Translations under genes and position numbers: made by a program
The notes under the pieces: model-generated
The model's database searches: none
Seen by the model: only the letters and a program-made list of their open reading frames with translations
What the model was told of the DNA's origin: nothing
NCBI GenBank assembly: GCA_026770705.1
Contig: JANJGN010000030.1
Location: 24,738,001-24,802,000 of the forward strand
Direction of reading: 5' to 3'
Source of the DNA: Isurus oxyrinchus
Lineage: Eukaryota
Length of the DNA: 64,000 nt
Shown here: one piece after another, positions 1 through 10,895 of the stretch
Layout: every line of letters starts with the position of its first letter
How positions within the stretch are numbered: the stretch's first letter is position 1

Positions 1-109
1 GTACTGACCAATTTCAGCTCTATCGCCACACAAACCAAGGTCAGTTAGCCCAGCACAGTCAGAGGATTGTGCTAGCCATTGTGGCTCAACTAATCCCTGC
101 ACAAATCTC

Positions 110-534
110 NNNNNNNNNNNNNNNNNNNNNNNNNNNNNNNNNNNNNNNNNNNNNNNNNNNNNNNNNNNNNNNNNNNNNNNNNNNNNNNNNNNNNNNNNNN
201 NNNNNNNNNNNNNNNNNNNNNNNNNNNNNNNNNNNNNNNNNNNNNNNNNNNNNNNNNNNNNNNNNNNNNNNNNNNNNNNNNNNNNNNNNNNNNNNNNNNN
301 NNNNNNNNNNNNNNNNNNNNNNNNNNNNNNNNNNNNNNNNNNNNNNNNNNNNNNNNNNNNNNNNNNNNNNNNNNNNNNNNNNNNNNNNNNNNNNNNNNNN
401 NNNNNNNNNNNNNNNNNNNNNNNNNNNNNNNNNNNNNNNNNNNNNNNNNNNNNNNNNNNNNNNNNNNNNNNNNNNNNNNNNNNNNNNNNNNNNNNNNNNN
501 NNNNNNNNNNNNNNNNNNNNNNNNNNNNNNNNNN
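110..534. other. Assembly gap (N run)
   Basis: Run of N bases; ORFs crossing it are artefacts. Confidence 1.
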
Positions 535-539
535 TGTGA

Positions 540-870
540 CAGAGCATGTGAGAGTATAGAGAGAAAGAATGAGACAAAGAAGAGAGTGTGTTTGGGAGCA
601 AGAGAGTGAGAGAGAGTGAGAAAGTGTGAGAGAGTATAGAGAGAAAGTAAAAGGAGAGAGAGCGAGAGTGTGAGGGAGATTGAGGGAAAGAGTGAGGTCA
701 GAGAGAGTGGATGAGTGAGGGAGGGAGGGAAAGCATGAGAGAGAGAAAGAGAGGGAAAGAACGATAGTGAGTGAGAGAGGAAGAGAAACAAAAGAGAAAT
801 TGTGTGCATGTGTGAGAGAGAGCCTGAAAAAGAGGGAGAAAGAGCAAGTGAGTGAGAGAGAGAAAGGGAG
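540..870. repeat. GA-rich degenerate microsatellite
   Basis: (GA)n/(GAGT)n low-complexity sequence flanking the gap. Confidence 0.9.
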
Positions 871-1479
871 GCATTAGAGTCATCTTGAAAAGAAAGATTA
901 CTCTTCAAATGATTTGGGCCGGGACCCGCCATGAAGGATGTGGCAGGTCAACCAAAAGCCCATTGACCTTTGGCAGGACCAGATGATCCTGGCGGTGGGC
1001 GGGGCTAGAAAATCTCGCCTTCATTTAAGGGCAAAAACACTTGGTTTGGTATTCGGAGGTGAAGTGGCCAAATCAATGCAGAGCAGCCTCACCACCAAAA
1101 AAAAAAGGAAAAACAAAATACTGCAGATGCTGGAAATTTGCAATAAAAACAGAAAATGCTGGAAATACTCAGCAGGTGTGGCAGCATCTGTGGAGAGAGA
1201 GAGAGAGAGAGAGAGTCAACACTGGCTGAATTTACCTGATTGACTCACAATCCTGTGGTCGGCCTCAATCCCAGGTGGGAACCCAGAAGTGGCCACGGTG
1301 GGAGATAGGCCTCGATCTTCCCAGAGGCGAACAATTACAAAACCGCTTCCAAAAGACTTATCCAATTATGGACAAGCGATGGAGCAGGGTCATTGGGTTT
1401 TTATCGGGATATCTTATTAAGGGAGGAATGTGGGGACTTTAATCATTGAACAGATAACTTAGAGGGAGAGCCTAAGGAT

Positions 1480-2160
1480 AGTTAGTGTGCAGATACTTCC
1501 CTGAGAGGGGCTGCGACATCAGTCAGTATACACGTATCTCCCTGAGGGGGGGGGGCGCGGGAGCTGAGACCCCAGTCAGTGTACATGTATCTCCCTGAGA
1601 GGTGGATTGAGACAGTCAGTGTACACGTATCTTCCTGAGAGGGGGGGTGGGGGCTGAGACCCCAGTCAGTGTACATGTATCTCCCTGAGAGGTGGATTGA
1701 GACCCCAGTCAGTGTACATGTATCTCCCTGAAAGGTGGATTGAGACAGTCAGTGTACACGTATCTTCCTGAGAGGGGTCGGAGGGGGGGTGTTGCTGAGA
1801 CCTCAGTCAGTGTACATGGAGCTCCCTGAGAGGTGGATTGAGACAGTCAGTGTAAACGTATCTCCCTGAGAGGGGGGTGCTGAGACCACAGTCAGTGTAC
1901 ATGGAGCTCCCTGAGAGGTGGATTGAGACAGTCAGTGTACACATATCTCCCTGAGAGGGGGGTGGGCGCTGAGACCCCAGTCAGTGTACATGTATCTCCC
2001 TGAGAGGTGGATTCAGACAGTCAGTGTAAACGTATCTCCCTGAGAGGGGGGCGCTGAGATCACAGTCAGTGTACATTTATCTCCCTGAGAGGTGGATTGA
2101 GACAGTCAGTGTACACGTATCTCCCTGAGAGGTGGATTGAGACCCCAGTCTGTGTACTGA
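1480..2160. repeat. Minisatellite, ~37-45 bp variable unit
   Basis: Repeated cagtcagtgtacaYgtatctccctgagaggtggattgaga with G-run variants. Confidence 0.9.
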
Positions 2161-2385
2161 TATGTGAAGCTCATTACCCAGTTGGTATAAAGTCTTGCCA
2201 TTTCTCCCTGAGGAGTGAGCTCTACTGGAAAGATGACTGTTTGAGTTTCAGATGAGGACCAGCTGGTAAGGGCCTGTACCACCACAAACGTGCCAGCGCC
2301 GTCCAGGCTCAAACTCGGATGGGGTATTGGGAGATTCAATGGTCCCGTGTAACCAGAACCCAGTAACTCTTCCGAAGACCAGACA

Positions 2386-4180
2386 GGGGGGCGGAATCAT
2401 CCTGGCTTTGCACTAAGTGTGGAAGCGGGCGGGTGAAACGATGTTTTACGCACTGGCCACAATGGCGGCTTTTCACACCGTATCGTCTGAAACTCGCCAC
2501 ATTAATTATGCATTCCTGGGGAACACGCTGTTTCCATGGAGGGTGGGCTCTCATTCGCTGACCACACCATAACCTCGCTGCTTCATCACACCGGGCACCA
2601 TATTGAAATTCCAGCCACGCGCACACCTCTCAGCGCTTCCAGCCCAGGACTGCTGCGTGGAAGACAGGACAGCCCCAAAAGGCAAAAAGACTACAGCCCC
2701 CAGGCTCAATGATGCGCTCCTCGTAGCCTTTTGGATGCTGTGGAGGTCTGCCACGATGTCCTCTACCCCTGCTCTGGCCACAGGAGGGGCAGTGGCATCA
2801 CCAATCCAGCATGTTGGCAGCGGTGGTCAGCATCAATGCCTTGCAAAAGAGGACAGCCACCCAGTGCCGCTACAGGGTGAATTGTCTCATCCATTCCGCC
2901 AGGGTAACTCACTCTTCTCATCGCTCTCAACTTACACACTCCCAAACCCATCACACACCCACAGGGATCTCACACCTCAAGGGACAACACCACTAACTCT
3001 CACGCACACCCTCACATCCCCATCAGGCTCGTACCCTCTGGAACTCACATCCTCATCCTGTCCATGGCTCCGCTCACCACACAAACATTCCACTCAGTGC
3101 CCTGTGTCCTGCTCACACTCTCTTCATCTGTTTCCATGCAGGAGAAGCTGGCTCACATCGGCAAGAAGAGGCCCCAGATCAAGGGTGGAGAGGCCCACAT
3201 TAGGCCCCTCACTCACTTTGAGGAGCGTGCCATTGCACTGACTGGTGCGGACATGGACCATGCCTGGGGGGGTGGGGTGATGGTTGTGGGGATTCCTTGA
3301 CAACATCCCTCTCTCAATGCAACTGTGAGTGCTCTCTCTCTCTCTCCTGCTTTTGACTCTGCTGCCGGGCCCTACTTATCTCTACTTTGGTTCACAGGGA
3401 GCTCTGCTAAGTGACCAACACCCTCAGCCAGCCAGTCCCTCAGCTCCATCCATGTCCTCACCACCAGCCAAGAGGACACTTCCTCCATTGAAAAGCTGGA
3501 AATAAGCAGCCTGGAAGACCCATCACAGCGCTTACCCACACCCTCCACCAGCGCAGAGACACACACCTCGGTGGGACCTAGATCTAGAACAGGCTCGAGT
3601 TCACAATCCGGTGGATACGGACACATGTCCGCAGCAGGAGGAGGCAGGTTCAGCCGAGCTCCCCAGCACTCGGAGGGCTGCTGGGGAAGAGGCGTCTGTG
3701 AGGCCCGAGTCAGGTGATGAGCCTCCAGCTCACCCTGGAGAGTCAGCAGAAGGCAGGAGAACATCACGTGGAGCTGTTGGAAACCCTCAACAGGGTGGCA
3801 CGTGAGTCGGAGGAGTGAGTCTGCCTGCTCTCTGATGAAGTGGTGCCCACATGTGCTCATATGGAGGTCTCCATGGGGAGGATGGAGCAGAATGTGGAGA
3901 TGCACACAGACCTGCACTCCATCGCGGGAGCCGTGAGTGAGTTCCTGCAATGGCGACACGAGAGGGAAATGGGGCATCTCGACACCCCCTCCAGGTGCTG
4001 CTTCCCCTCAAGGAGTCAGGCTGGGGCCCCCAGGCACCCGAAGGGAGGAGGAGTGGCAGCTGGAAATCCCTAGGTCATCCACTCAGGAATTTCAGAGGCT
4101 GTCCTTTCCCTCAAAGTCCCCTTTGCCAGTGAGACCCTCAACCTCATCCTCTGTCACTGCAGAGAGTGCAGCTGGCCAAT
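2386..4180 (+). mobile_element. Degenerate PIF/Harbinger-like transposon remnant with intron-containing Myb/SANT-like (MSANTD4/NAIF1-type) gene
   Basis: Frameshifted peptides APRLND..LLDAVEVCHDVLYP..AAVVSINALQKRTATQCRYRVNCLIHSAR (donor gtaact after 2903) then EKLAHIGKKRPQIKGGEAHIRPLTHFEERAIALTG (acceptor before 3142); gggggcggaatc TIR-like start. Right boundary approximate. Confidence 0.7.
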
Positions 4181-4479
4181 GACTGATTCTGGAGGGAGAA
4201 GAGTGTGTGTGTGTGTGTGTGTAGCAGGGCCTTTCGGAGCCTCGGGCAAGCACTCTCCATGCACGCGGACCCTTCACTATTCACACTCACCTCAGTGTCC
4301 GGAGCATTTTCAATGCTGCCTGCTGGGGTTCACTTTCAGTTGTCCATCTGAGCTGACCTGTATCTCCTCCCACCCACTGATCACACTCCCATGCAGCACC
4401 TGATCTCGTTCACCATGACTGTCGTTCCACTTTCGATTTGAACATCATGGTCTGGATTCGCTTTTTCGTGCGGTCCTCC

Positions 4480-5550
4480 ATCTTTTCCCCTCCCCCAGTT
4501 ACCCATTTCCTCTCCCCCATCACAATTGGCCCCCAGCTCTGGGCATCACCTTCCACCTCCCCTCCGTGACCTACCAGCCACAACCCTTTTCCTTTGGGAA
4601 TGTCCAGGTGAAAGTGAATGTTCCCTTCCTTCCCTAAAATCCCATCCCCACCCACATTCACCTTCCCGACCTTCTCCTTCCCACCCTCAAGTGTCCGTGT
4701 CTGCCCCCAAGTCCCCGCCAACCACCCTTGCCACCCCTTCTACCACTGCAGTCGAACCCTTACCCTCCCATCCTATCACCTCAATCTGCCCTCGGTCATT
4801 CTCACCAATCCCTCATACCACACCCACCCTCAATTCGCTCCCCAGAGCGTAGTCATGGACCCATGAAACCCCTCCCTGGACATCTGCCCCACCATCCCCT
4901 TCCCCCTGGAACCTCTTACCCACTCTGGTCCCTTTCCCACCCGGTTACTCTCTCCCCGTCCAGACCCCTCCCCCCCGGAATCCCTTCCCCTCCGGACCCC
5001 TTCCCCCTGGAACCCCTTCCCTCTCACTGGACTCCTTCTCCCCTTCTCCCCTTCAGACCCCTTCCCCTGGAACCTCCTCCTCTCCTTAGCCTCCCGGCCA
5101 CCATCCCCTTCCCCTGGCCCCCCACCCCCACTTAGTCCCTCCCCCTTCCTGACTCCCTCAGACACCCTTACTTCTTCTGCCACCCTTAGTCCTCCCCCCC
5201 CTCCCGACTCCCTCCTCCAGCCTTACCTCTTCCTCCAGCCTCATTTCTTCCCCCAGACTTACTCCTTGTCCCCTCCCAACTCCTTCCTCCACCCTTACTT
5301 CTTCCTCCACTCTTACTCCCTCCAGTGTCCGTACTCCTTCCTCCCCCCCCCCCCCGGACTCCCTCCCCTCTCCACACTCCTTCCCCCTTCCCCGGACTCC
5401 CTCCCCTCTTCGTACTCCTTCTTCTCCCTAGACTCCCTCACCTCTCTGCACTCCTTCCCCGCTCCGAACTCCTTCTGTAATACCTTCCACTCCGCTAACA
5501 CTTACCTCTCCAGTGGCCATCTTCTCTTCTGTTACCCTGTCCTCCCCCGT
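4480..5550. repeat. C/T-rich low-complexity tract
   Basis: Polypyrimidine (plus strand) with imperfect cccttccccctggaa repeats. Confidence 0.8.
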
Positions 5551-5764
5551 ATTTCCAGTTACCCACGTTGGTGTGGGCCCTAGGGTCACATGTAGGCCGG
5601 AACAAATGGCAGATTTATTTCCCTAAAGGACATTAGCGACCCTGTTGAGTAGTTTGATGGGTCTGTTGATAATTAAATAGCTCATTCACATCTGCCATGG
5701 GGGCCCATGTGTTAGTGATATTTCTACTCAATGATACACAGTAATTATCACCTCCCCAACTGAG

Positions 5765-5770
5765 TTTATT
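5765..5770 (-). promoter_or_regulatory. Candidate polyadenylation signal (AATAAA) of the unnamed coiled-coil gene
   Basis: tttatt on plus strand, ~180-260 nt past the candidate stop codons. Confidence 0.45.
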
Positions 5771-5950
5771 GTAAATGTTTTCTATTAATATATAACATGC
5801 AATTACACACACTTTCACCGCTCATTATGAAGAAGATACAATTAATTACAGACTATTATTCATACATGGGGTGAGACCAGCACACGCTACCTGTTGCACT
5901 ATCTATGGCCACCCTCCAGGATTCTCTCTCAACTACATACTTGGCGTCTG

Positions 5951-5975
5951 TTAAATATTGCCAATGAGCAACTGT
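5951..5975 (-). CDS. Unnamed coiled-coil gene, candidate terminal coding exon ((R)QLLIGNI*); alternative candidate 6030-6048 ((R)RHRMK*)
   Basis: Acceptor attctttttcag, phase 2 matches exon 7364-7504; downstream AATAAA. Confidence 0.4.
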
Positions 5976-6404
5976 CTGAAAAAGAATCTACAAATAATTC
6001 CCAATTACTGACCTGCGTGACGACAAATGTCACTTCATTCTATGACGTCTGAAATTGATTGCAAGTAATGTTAACACCTCATGCTCAAATCTCTCTGTGT
6101 CCTCGTCTTTCACTGTCTCTGTAACCTCCAGCCTTTTGGCCCTCTCTGCGTTCCGCCAATTCTGGCTTCTCGAGCATCCTCGATTTCCTTCGAGTAAGGA
6201 CGGCTGTGCCTTCAGCTGCCCATTCCATCCACAAATCTCTCTTTCCTCCAATAAAGATGCCCCAAAAACCTACCTCTCTGACCAAACTTTCGGTCACCTG
6301 TCCTAATATCTCCCCACGTAGCTTGGTGTCAAATTTTGTCTGATAAACAGTGCTGCAAAGCGCCTTGGGATGTTTTACTACACTAAAGGCGCTACATAAA
6401 TGCA

Positions 6405-6665
6405 ATAAGAACAGCTGGAAAAATCTCAACAGGTCTGGCAGCATCTGTGGCGAGGGAAACAGCGAACATTTCAAGTCCAATATGACGCTTCTTTTGAACT
6501 GAAGAAGAGTTCTATTCTCCGAAGGGTTCTCAGTTCCAAAGGAGAGTCATATTGGACTCGAATCTGTTTCTCTCTCCACAGATGCTGCCAGACGTGCTGA
6601 GATTTTCTAATATTTTCGGATTTTATTTTAGATTTCCAGTGACCGCAGTATATTTCCTTTGTTTT
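6405..6665. mobile_element. Palindromic Penelope-derived short element (aaatgctggaaa..cagcatctgtggagagag family) with decayed hammerhead-like arms
   Basis: Left arm ctggaaaaatctcaacaggtctggcagcatctgtgg mirrored by ccacagatgctgccagacgtgctgagattttc; inner gagtcatattggactcgaa stem II-like motif on both strands. Related copies at ~1110-1220 and 13340-14130. Confidence 0.6.
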
Positions 6666-7363
6666 GCTCTATAAATGCGAATTGCTGTTGAATGATTAAT
6701 GCACTCATCACATCTGGTGTTTTAACAATGTGTTAACTAGAGTTGCCAACTATTCCTGGAGGTTTCATCACATGACTTATCCTCACGCTCCAGCCATTAG
6801 TCGGCCAACACATCCATCCTTGTGACACGATGCCTCCCTAAGCCAATTGGAAAGCAAAAAGACTCATTACCCAATTGGATGATGCTTGACTGTCAGTCAC
6901 ACAACCTTTCTCCCCCACTATTTTCAATATTTTTATAACTGGTAAAGAAAAATGTTCAAAGAAAATGACAAACAAAATCAATCTCTTTCTATGACCGGAT
7001 GACTTTTTTCTCCAGGGTTGAACGCACAGCAGTGTCCTGTAGATTGATTTTCATTTTCTGCAGGCTCCAGGCCAATTCTGGAGGGTTGGTAACCCTAGTG
7101 TTAGCCTATGTATTTTCATGCCTTTATTAAAATGATGGAGAGTGTGAGGTGGGTAAGAGTGCATTGAGTATGAACACAATAATACCACACCCGTAATTTC
7201 CAGCCTCTTAAAATGTGGTTTATTGTTGGGTTTAGGATTATTCTCAAGGGACATAGTCTGGTATCAACCCTTTCCAGTAGAACGTGGAGAGGGTTTTTGG
7301 ATAGAAGGCTCAGGCACTATGAAGGGAACCATATTTATTTGTAAATAATTCGGGTTGACTGAC

Positions 7364-7504
7364 CTTAAGTATCTTTCCTCAATGCTCTGCTGGTTTTTCC
7401 TCCTCTCCAGGAGCTTCTGGATGTTCTCAATTAACGGCTTGATATGGCCCAGATTGTGGACGTTCTCTTGGATTTGATCAAAAACTGAAAACATCCTCTT
7501 TGAG
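7364..7504 (-). CDS. Unnamed coiled-coil gene, exon (SKRMFSVFDQIQENVHNLGHIKPLIENIQKLLERRKNQQSIEERYL)
   Basis: Pyrimidine-rich acceptor cattag, donor AG|gtcagt, 141 nt, phase 2-2; only this frame is open. Confidence 0.7.
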
Positions 7505-7649
7505 CTAATGCCAGGAAGAGATGGAAAATGGAACAATTTTGAGCTTTGCCGGCGAGTTACCACAGGGTAAATTTTTTGTAAAACTCGCTTACTTTCTCTC
7601 CTCGAGCTGCCGTTGGTTGAGCACAGTTGGCCGATCACTGATATTTCGT

Positions 7650-8280
7650 ACGTATGAACATGCATATGAATTAGGAGCAGGAACAGGCCATTCGGCCCCT
7701 CGAGCCGGCTCTGCCATTCAACAAGATGGCGGCTGATCTGATTGTGGCCTCATGACACATTCCCGCCTATCTGCGATAACCTTTAACTCCCTTGTTAGTC
7801 AAGAATCTACCTACCACTGCCTTAAAAATATTCATTGACCTTGCTTCCACTGCTCTCCGGGGAAGGGAGTTCCACTGACTCACGGCTCTCTGAGTGAAAA
7901 ATGTCTTCATATCTTTGCCTTAAATGGGAGACCCCTTATTTTTACACTGTGTCCCCTAGTTCTAGCCTCCCCCACAAGGAGAGACATCTTTTCACCCTGT
8001 CATGCCCCCTCAGGATCTTATATGTTTCAAAAAGACCACCTCTCATTCTTCTAAACGTCAATGGATACAGGCCCAACTTGTCCAACATTTCCTCATAAGG
8101 TAAACCCCTCATCCTGGGAATCCGTCAAGTGAAACTTCTCTGAACTGCTTCTAATGCAATTCTGTCCTTTTTTTAAATAAGAAACCCAAAATTGTACACA
8201 GTACGCTAGGTGTGGTCTTGCCAATGTCCTGTACAACTGTAGCAAAACATCCCTACTTTTATATTCCCTCCCCCTTTCCA
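7650..8280 (-). mobile_element. CR1-type LINE 3' fragment
   Basis: RT C-terminal peptide YKSRDVLLQLYRTLARPHLAYCVQFW plus typical 3' tail. Confidence 0.85.
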
Positions 8281-8739
8281 GGCGGCCATTTATCATGTGC
8301 GTGTCAACAGACTATTCAACTGCTGAATGCATCACACTCGAGCCAGAACCTCTTCTTATCAACATCCAAGTGAACTTTGTCAGTGAATGGGATTGGAAAT
8401 CCTGGCTAGTTATTTCCCCCTCTTCCCCTAGCTCCAGGGCAGTTGTTGTTACCACCACCAGAACTCCAGCTGAAACCCGCTATCCGCATAGGCCAGGGAT
8501 TAAAGCTGGAAGCCTTCTGGTCTTTTGAAGTCAGGACTACACCAGGCAATGCTTTCAGCCACTGGGGTCAGGAATTTGAGAACGTTTACTCCAAATGTGA
8601 ATTTGAGTCAAATGTGCTGTGTTGCATTAGGATTTACAGTGATGTCGATGTCGGCTGTCCCTCAATTCAAGGATGGTATCTAGTCAGGGTTACAAGTTTC
8701 TAGCATTTGTATCACAGAAACTATGCATGACTATTACTG

Positions 8740-8950
8740 TTGTGATACACCTTTAAATAGGTATTGTTATGTTGTGGTACACCTTTAAGTGGGCATGGTC
8801 ATTTTGTGGTACACTTTTAAGTGTGGTACACCTTTAAGTAGGTGTTGTTATGTTGTGGTACACCTTTAAGTGGGTGTGGTCATGTTGTGGTACACCTTTA
8901 AGTGGGTGTGGTCATGTTGTGGTACACCTTTAAGTGGGTGTGGTCATGTT
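8740..8950. repeat. ~31-bp minisatellite
   Basis: ggtgtggtcatgttgtggtacacctttaagt repeated. Confidence 0.9.
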
Positions 8951-8984
8951 GTCTGTACGCATCACCGGAGGGAAATGATACAAT

Positions 8985-10895
8985 GGGCTGTATCTTCGAG
9001 GAGTTACAGTCAGTATCGGGCTGCCCCCTCCACTCCGATTCACTTACGTTCCCCGGAGCTCCACATTTCTCACCTGGTCTTCCGAACCCGGTTTCCTCAG
9101 AATTTGGGAGTGTACCTGTCCTGGGAGTCCTTCCTTCGTAGCGCAGGATTGTCGGAGAAAAGCCCCCTTTTTGACGGCGCTGGCTGCTGTATTCCGGTAA
9201 GTTTAAAGGTCCCAAAGCCACTTTGAAAAACTACCGAGAGAAGGTAAGTGGGTGAGGGGTAGGGCGGCAGGTGGGTGGGTGAGAGGGGGTAGGGCAGCAG
9301 GTGTGTGGGTGAGGGCTTAGGGCGGCAGGTGGGTGAGAGGGGGTTGGGTGGCAAGTGGGTGGGTGAGGGGGGTAGGGTGGCAGGTGGGTGGGTGAGGGGT
9401 AGGGCGGCAGGTGGGTGGGTGAGAGGGGGTAGGGCAGCAGGTGTGTGGGTGAGGGCTTAGGGCGGCAGGTGGGTGAGAGGGGGTTGGGTGGCAAGTGGGT
9501 GGGTGAGGGGGTAGGGTGGCAGGTGGGTGAGAGGGGGTTGGGTGGCAAGTGGGTGGGTGAGGGGGTAGGGTGGCAGGTGGGTGGGTGAGGGGTAGGGCGG
9601 CAGGTGTGTGGGTGAGAGGGGGTAGGGCGGCAGGTGTGTAGGTGAGAGGGGGTAGGGCGGCAGGTGGGTGGGTGAGGGGGGTAGCGTGGCAGGTGGGTGG
9701 GTGAGGGGGTAGGGTGGCAGGTGGGTGGGTGAGGGGGTAGGGCAGCAGGTGGATGGGTGAGGGGGGTAGGGCGGCAGGTGGTCGAGTGAGGGATTAGGTG
9801 GCAGGTGGGTGAGTGAGGGGGTAGGGCGGCAGATGGGCAGGTGAGGGGTAGGGTAGCAGGTGGGCGAGTGAGGGGGTAGGGTGGGAGGTGTGTGGGTGAG
9901 GGGGTAGGGTAGCAGGTTGATGGGTGAGGGAATAGGGTGGCAGGTGTGTGGGTGAAGGGGTAGGGTAGCAGGTTGATGGGTGAGGGGATAGGGTGTGTCA
10001 GGGGTAGTCAGGTCGGGGGGGTTGGGGGGGGGGGGTGGTTCGGTGGGGTAGTTGGATGGTCGGGAGGGTAGTTGGGGGCTCCAGTGGGGAGATGGGAGGT
10101 TAGTAGTATAGCTACCCAGGATATATTTCTCCATATCCTTGTAGAGTAACACAGTGCCACAGTGAGTGACTTTGGCTGTGCCTTCATTCACGTAGGACAA
10201 ATCTGACAGAAAATTGACCAGTCTTTGGAACAATAAATTCAACACCTATAGGGTTGTTGAATTTATAGGGTGGGCATTTTAAACGCAACAAGACCCTCCT
10301 AACTTCATCCACTTTGCTTCTGGTTCCATCTCAGAAGTAGGCTCTCCGCTACCCCAGGCTGGTAGACTTGGCGCTATCTCCCCTGGAGCTGGCTGATGAC
10401 GCAGGGACTGGGGACAGACTACTGGGCTGCCCCCCTTTTTGGAGGGGAGGCTCACCGTACTCACCCAATGATGGCGCAGTTCCTTTCTTGACAGCGGTTG
10501 TTCCTGCTGCCTCTTCTTCCAAGTCTGCAGCAGGCTGAGGTTTGCTGGGCTCTGGTGCAGATTGGTTGCTGCTGGGTTGTCTCTGTCTGTCTCCATAGAT
10601 TCGTCCTTCACAGCTGCCTGGGACTGAGTGCGGGCTGGGGTTGGGATTTGGGATTGGGTAATCCTTTTAACTTTTCCAGGGTAACTATTCTGCAAAATGA
10701 GTCGGAACCATCTGAAGTCTCCAACTCTAACTCAGAGTTTCTGAGGGTTCCGGATGCAGGGGTCAGGTCCATCGGAAGTCCAAACTTCCCAGACAATTCC
10801 CGCGTAGCTTGTGCTTTCGGACGTCTGAGGGGCATCTTGGGGGGTATGACCATCGGGAGATCGGAGGTTCTGTGATGTATCCTGTGATTCAGCCT
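8985..10895 (-). mobile_element. Non-autonomous TIR (Harbinger-like) element with G-rich internal tandem array and captured gene fragment
   Basis: Ends gggctgtatc / gattcagcct; both arms align by eye with a second copy at ~25367-26540 (shared ctctgagttagag, cctgggta, aaacttacc, aggaaggactcc); internal gggtgaggggtagggcggcaggt array 9245-10060. Confidence 0.7.
10123..10660 (-). pseudogene. Frameshifted fragment of a ZNF638/MATR3/RBM20-family gene (C-terminal matrin-type zinc finger)
   Basis: Across small frameshifts reads EPEAKWMK..FKMPPYKFNNPIGVEFIVPKTG-FCQIC--YVNEGTAKVTHCGTVLLYKDMEKY, matching the family motif GxEFVVPKTGFxCxxCxLFYxNExxAKxxHC. Confidence 0.8.

Noticed and set aside
69-932. 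Long ORFs at the window start
   Set aside because: Produced by the N gap and the GA microsatellite.
2178-5975. Further exons TVAHWQYLTDAKYVVERESWRVAIDSAT (5891-5975) and ELTPQGEMARLYTNW (~2178-2224) extending the unnamed gene
   Set aside because: They need a phase-0 upstream donor that I could not find; the phase-2 reading with a stop and nearby AATAAA is simpler. Not fully excluded.
9457-10245. 262-aa Pro/His-rich ORF, or an exon VLNLLFQRLVNFLSDLSY of the coiled-coil gene
   Set aside because: It is an off-frame read of the zinc-finger pseudogene fragment running into a tandem repeat; no polypyrimidine acceptor.
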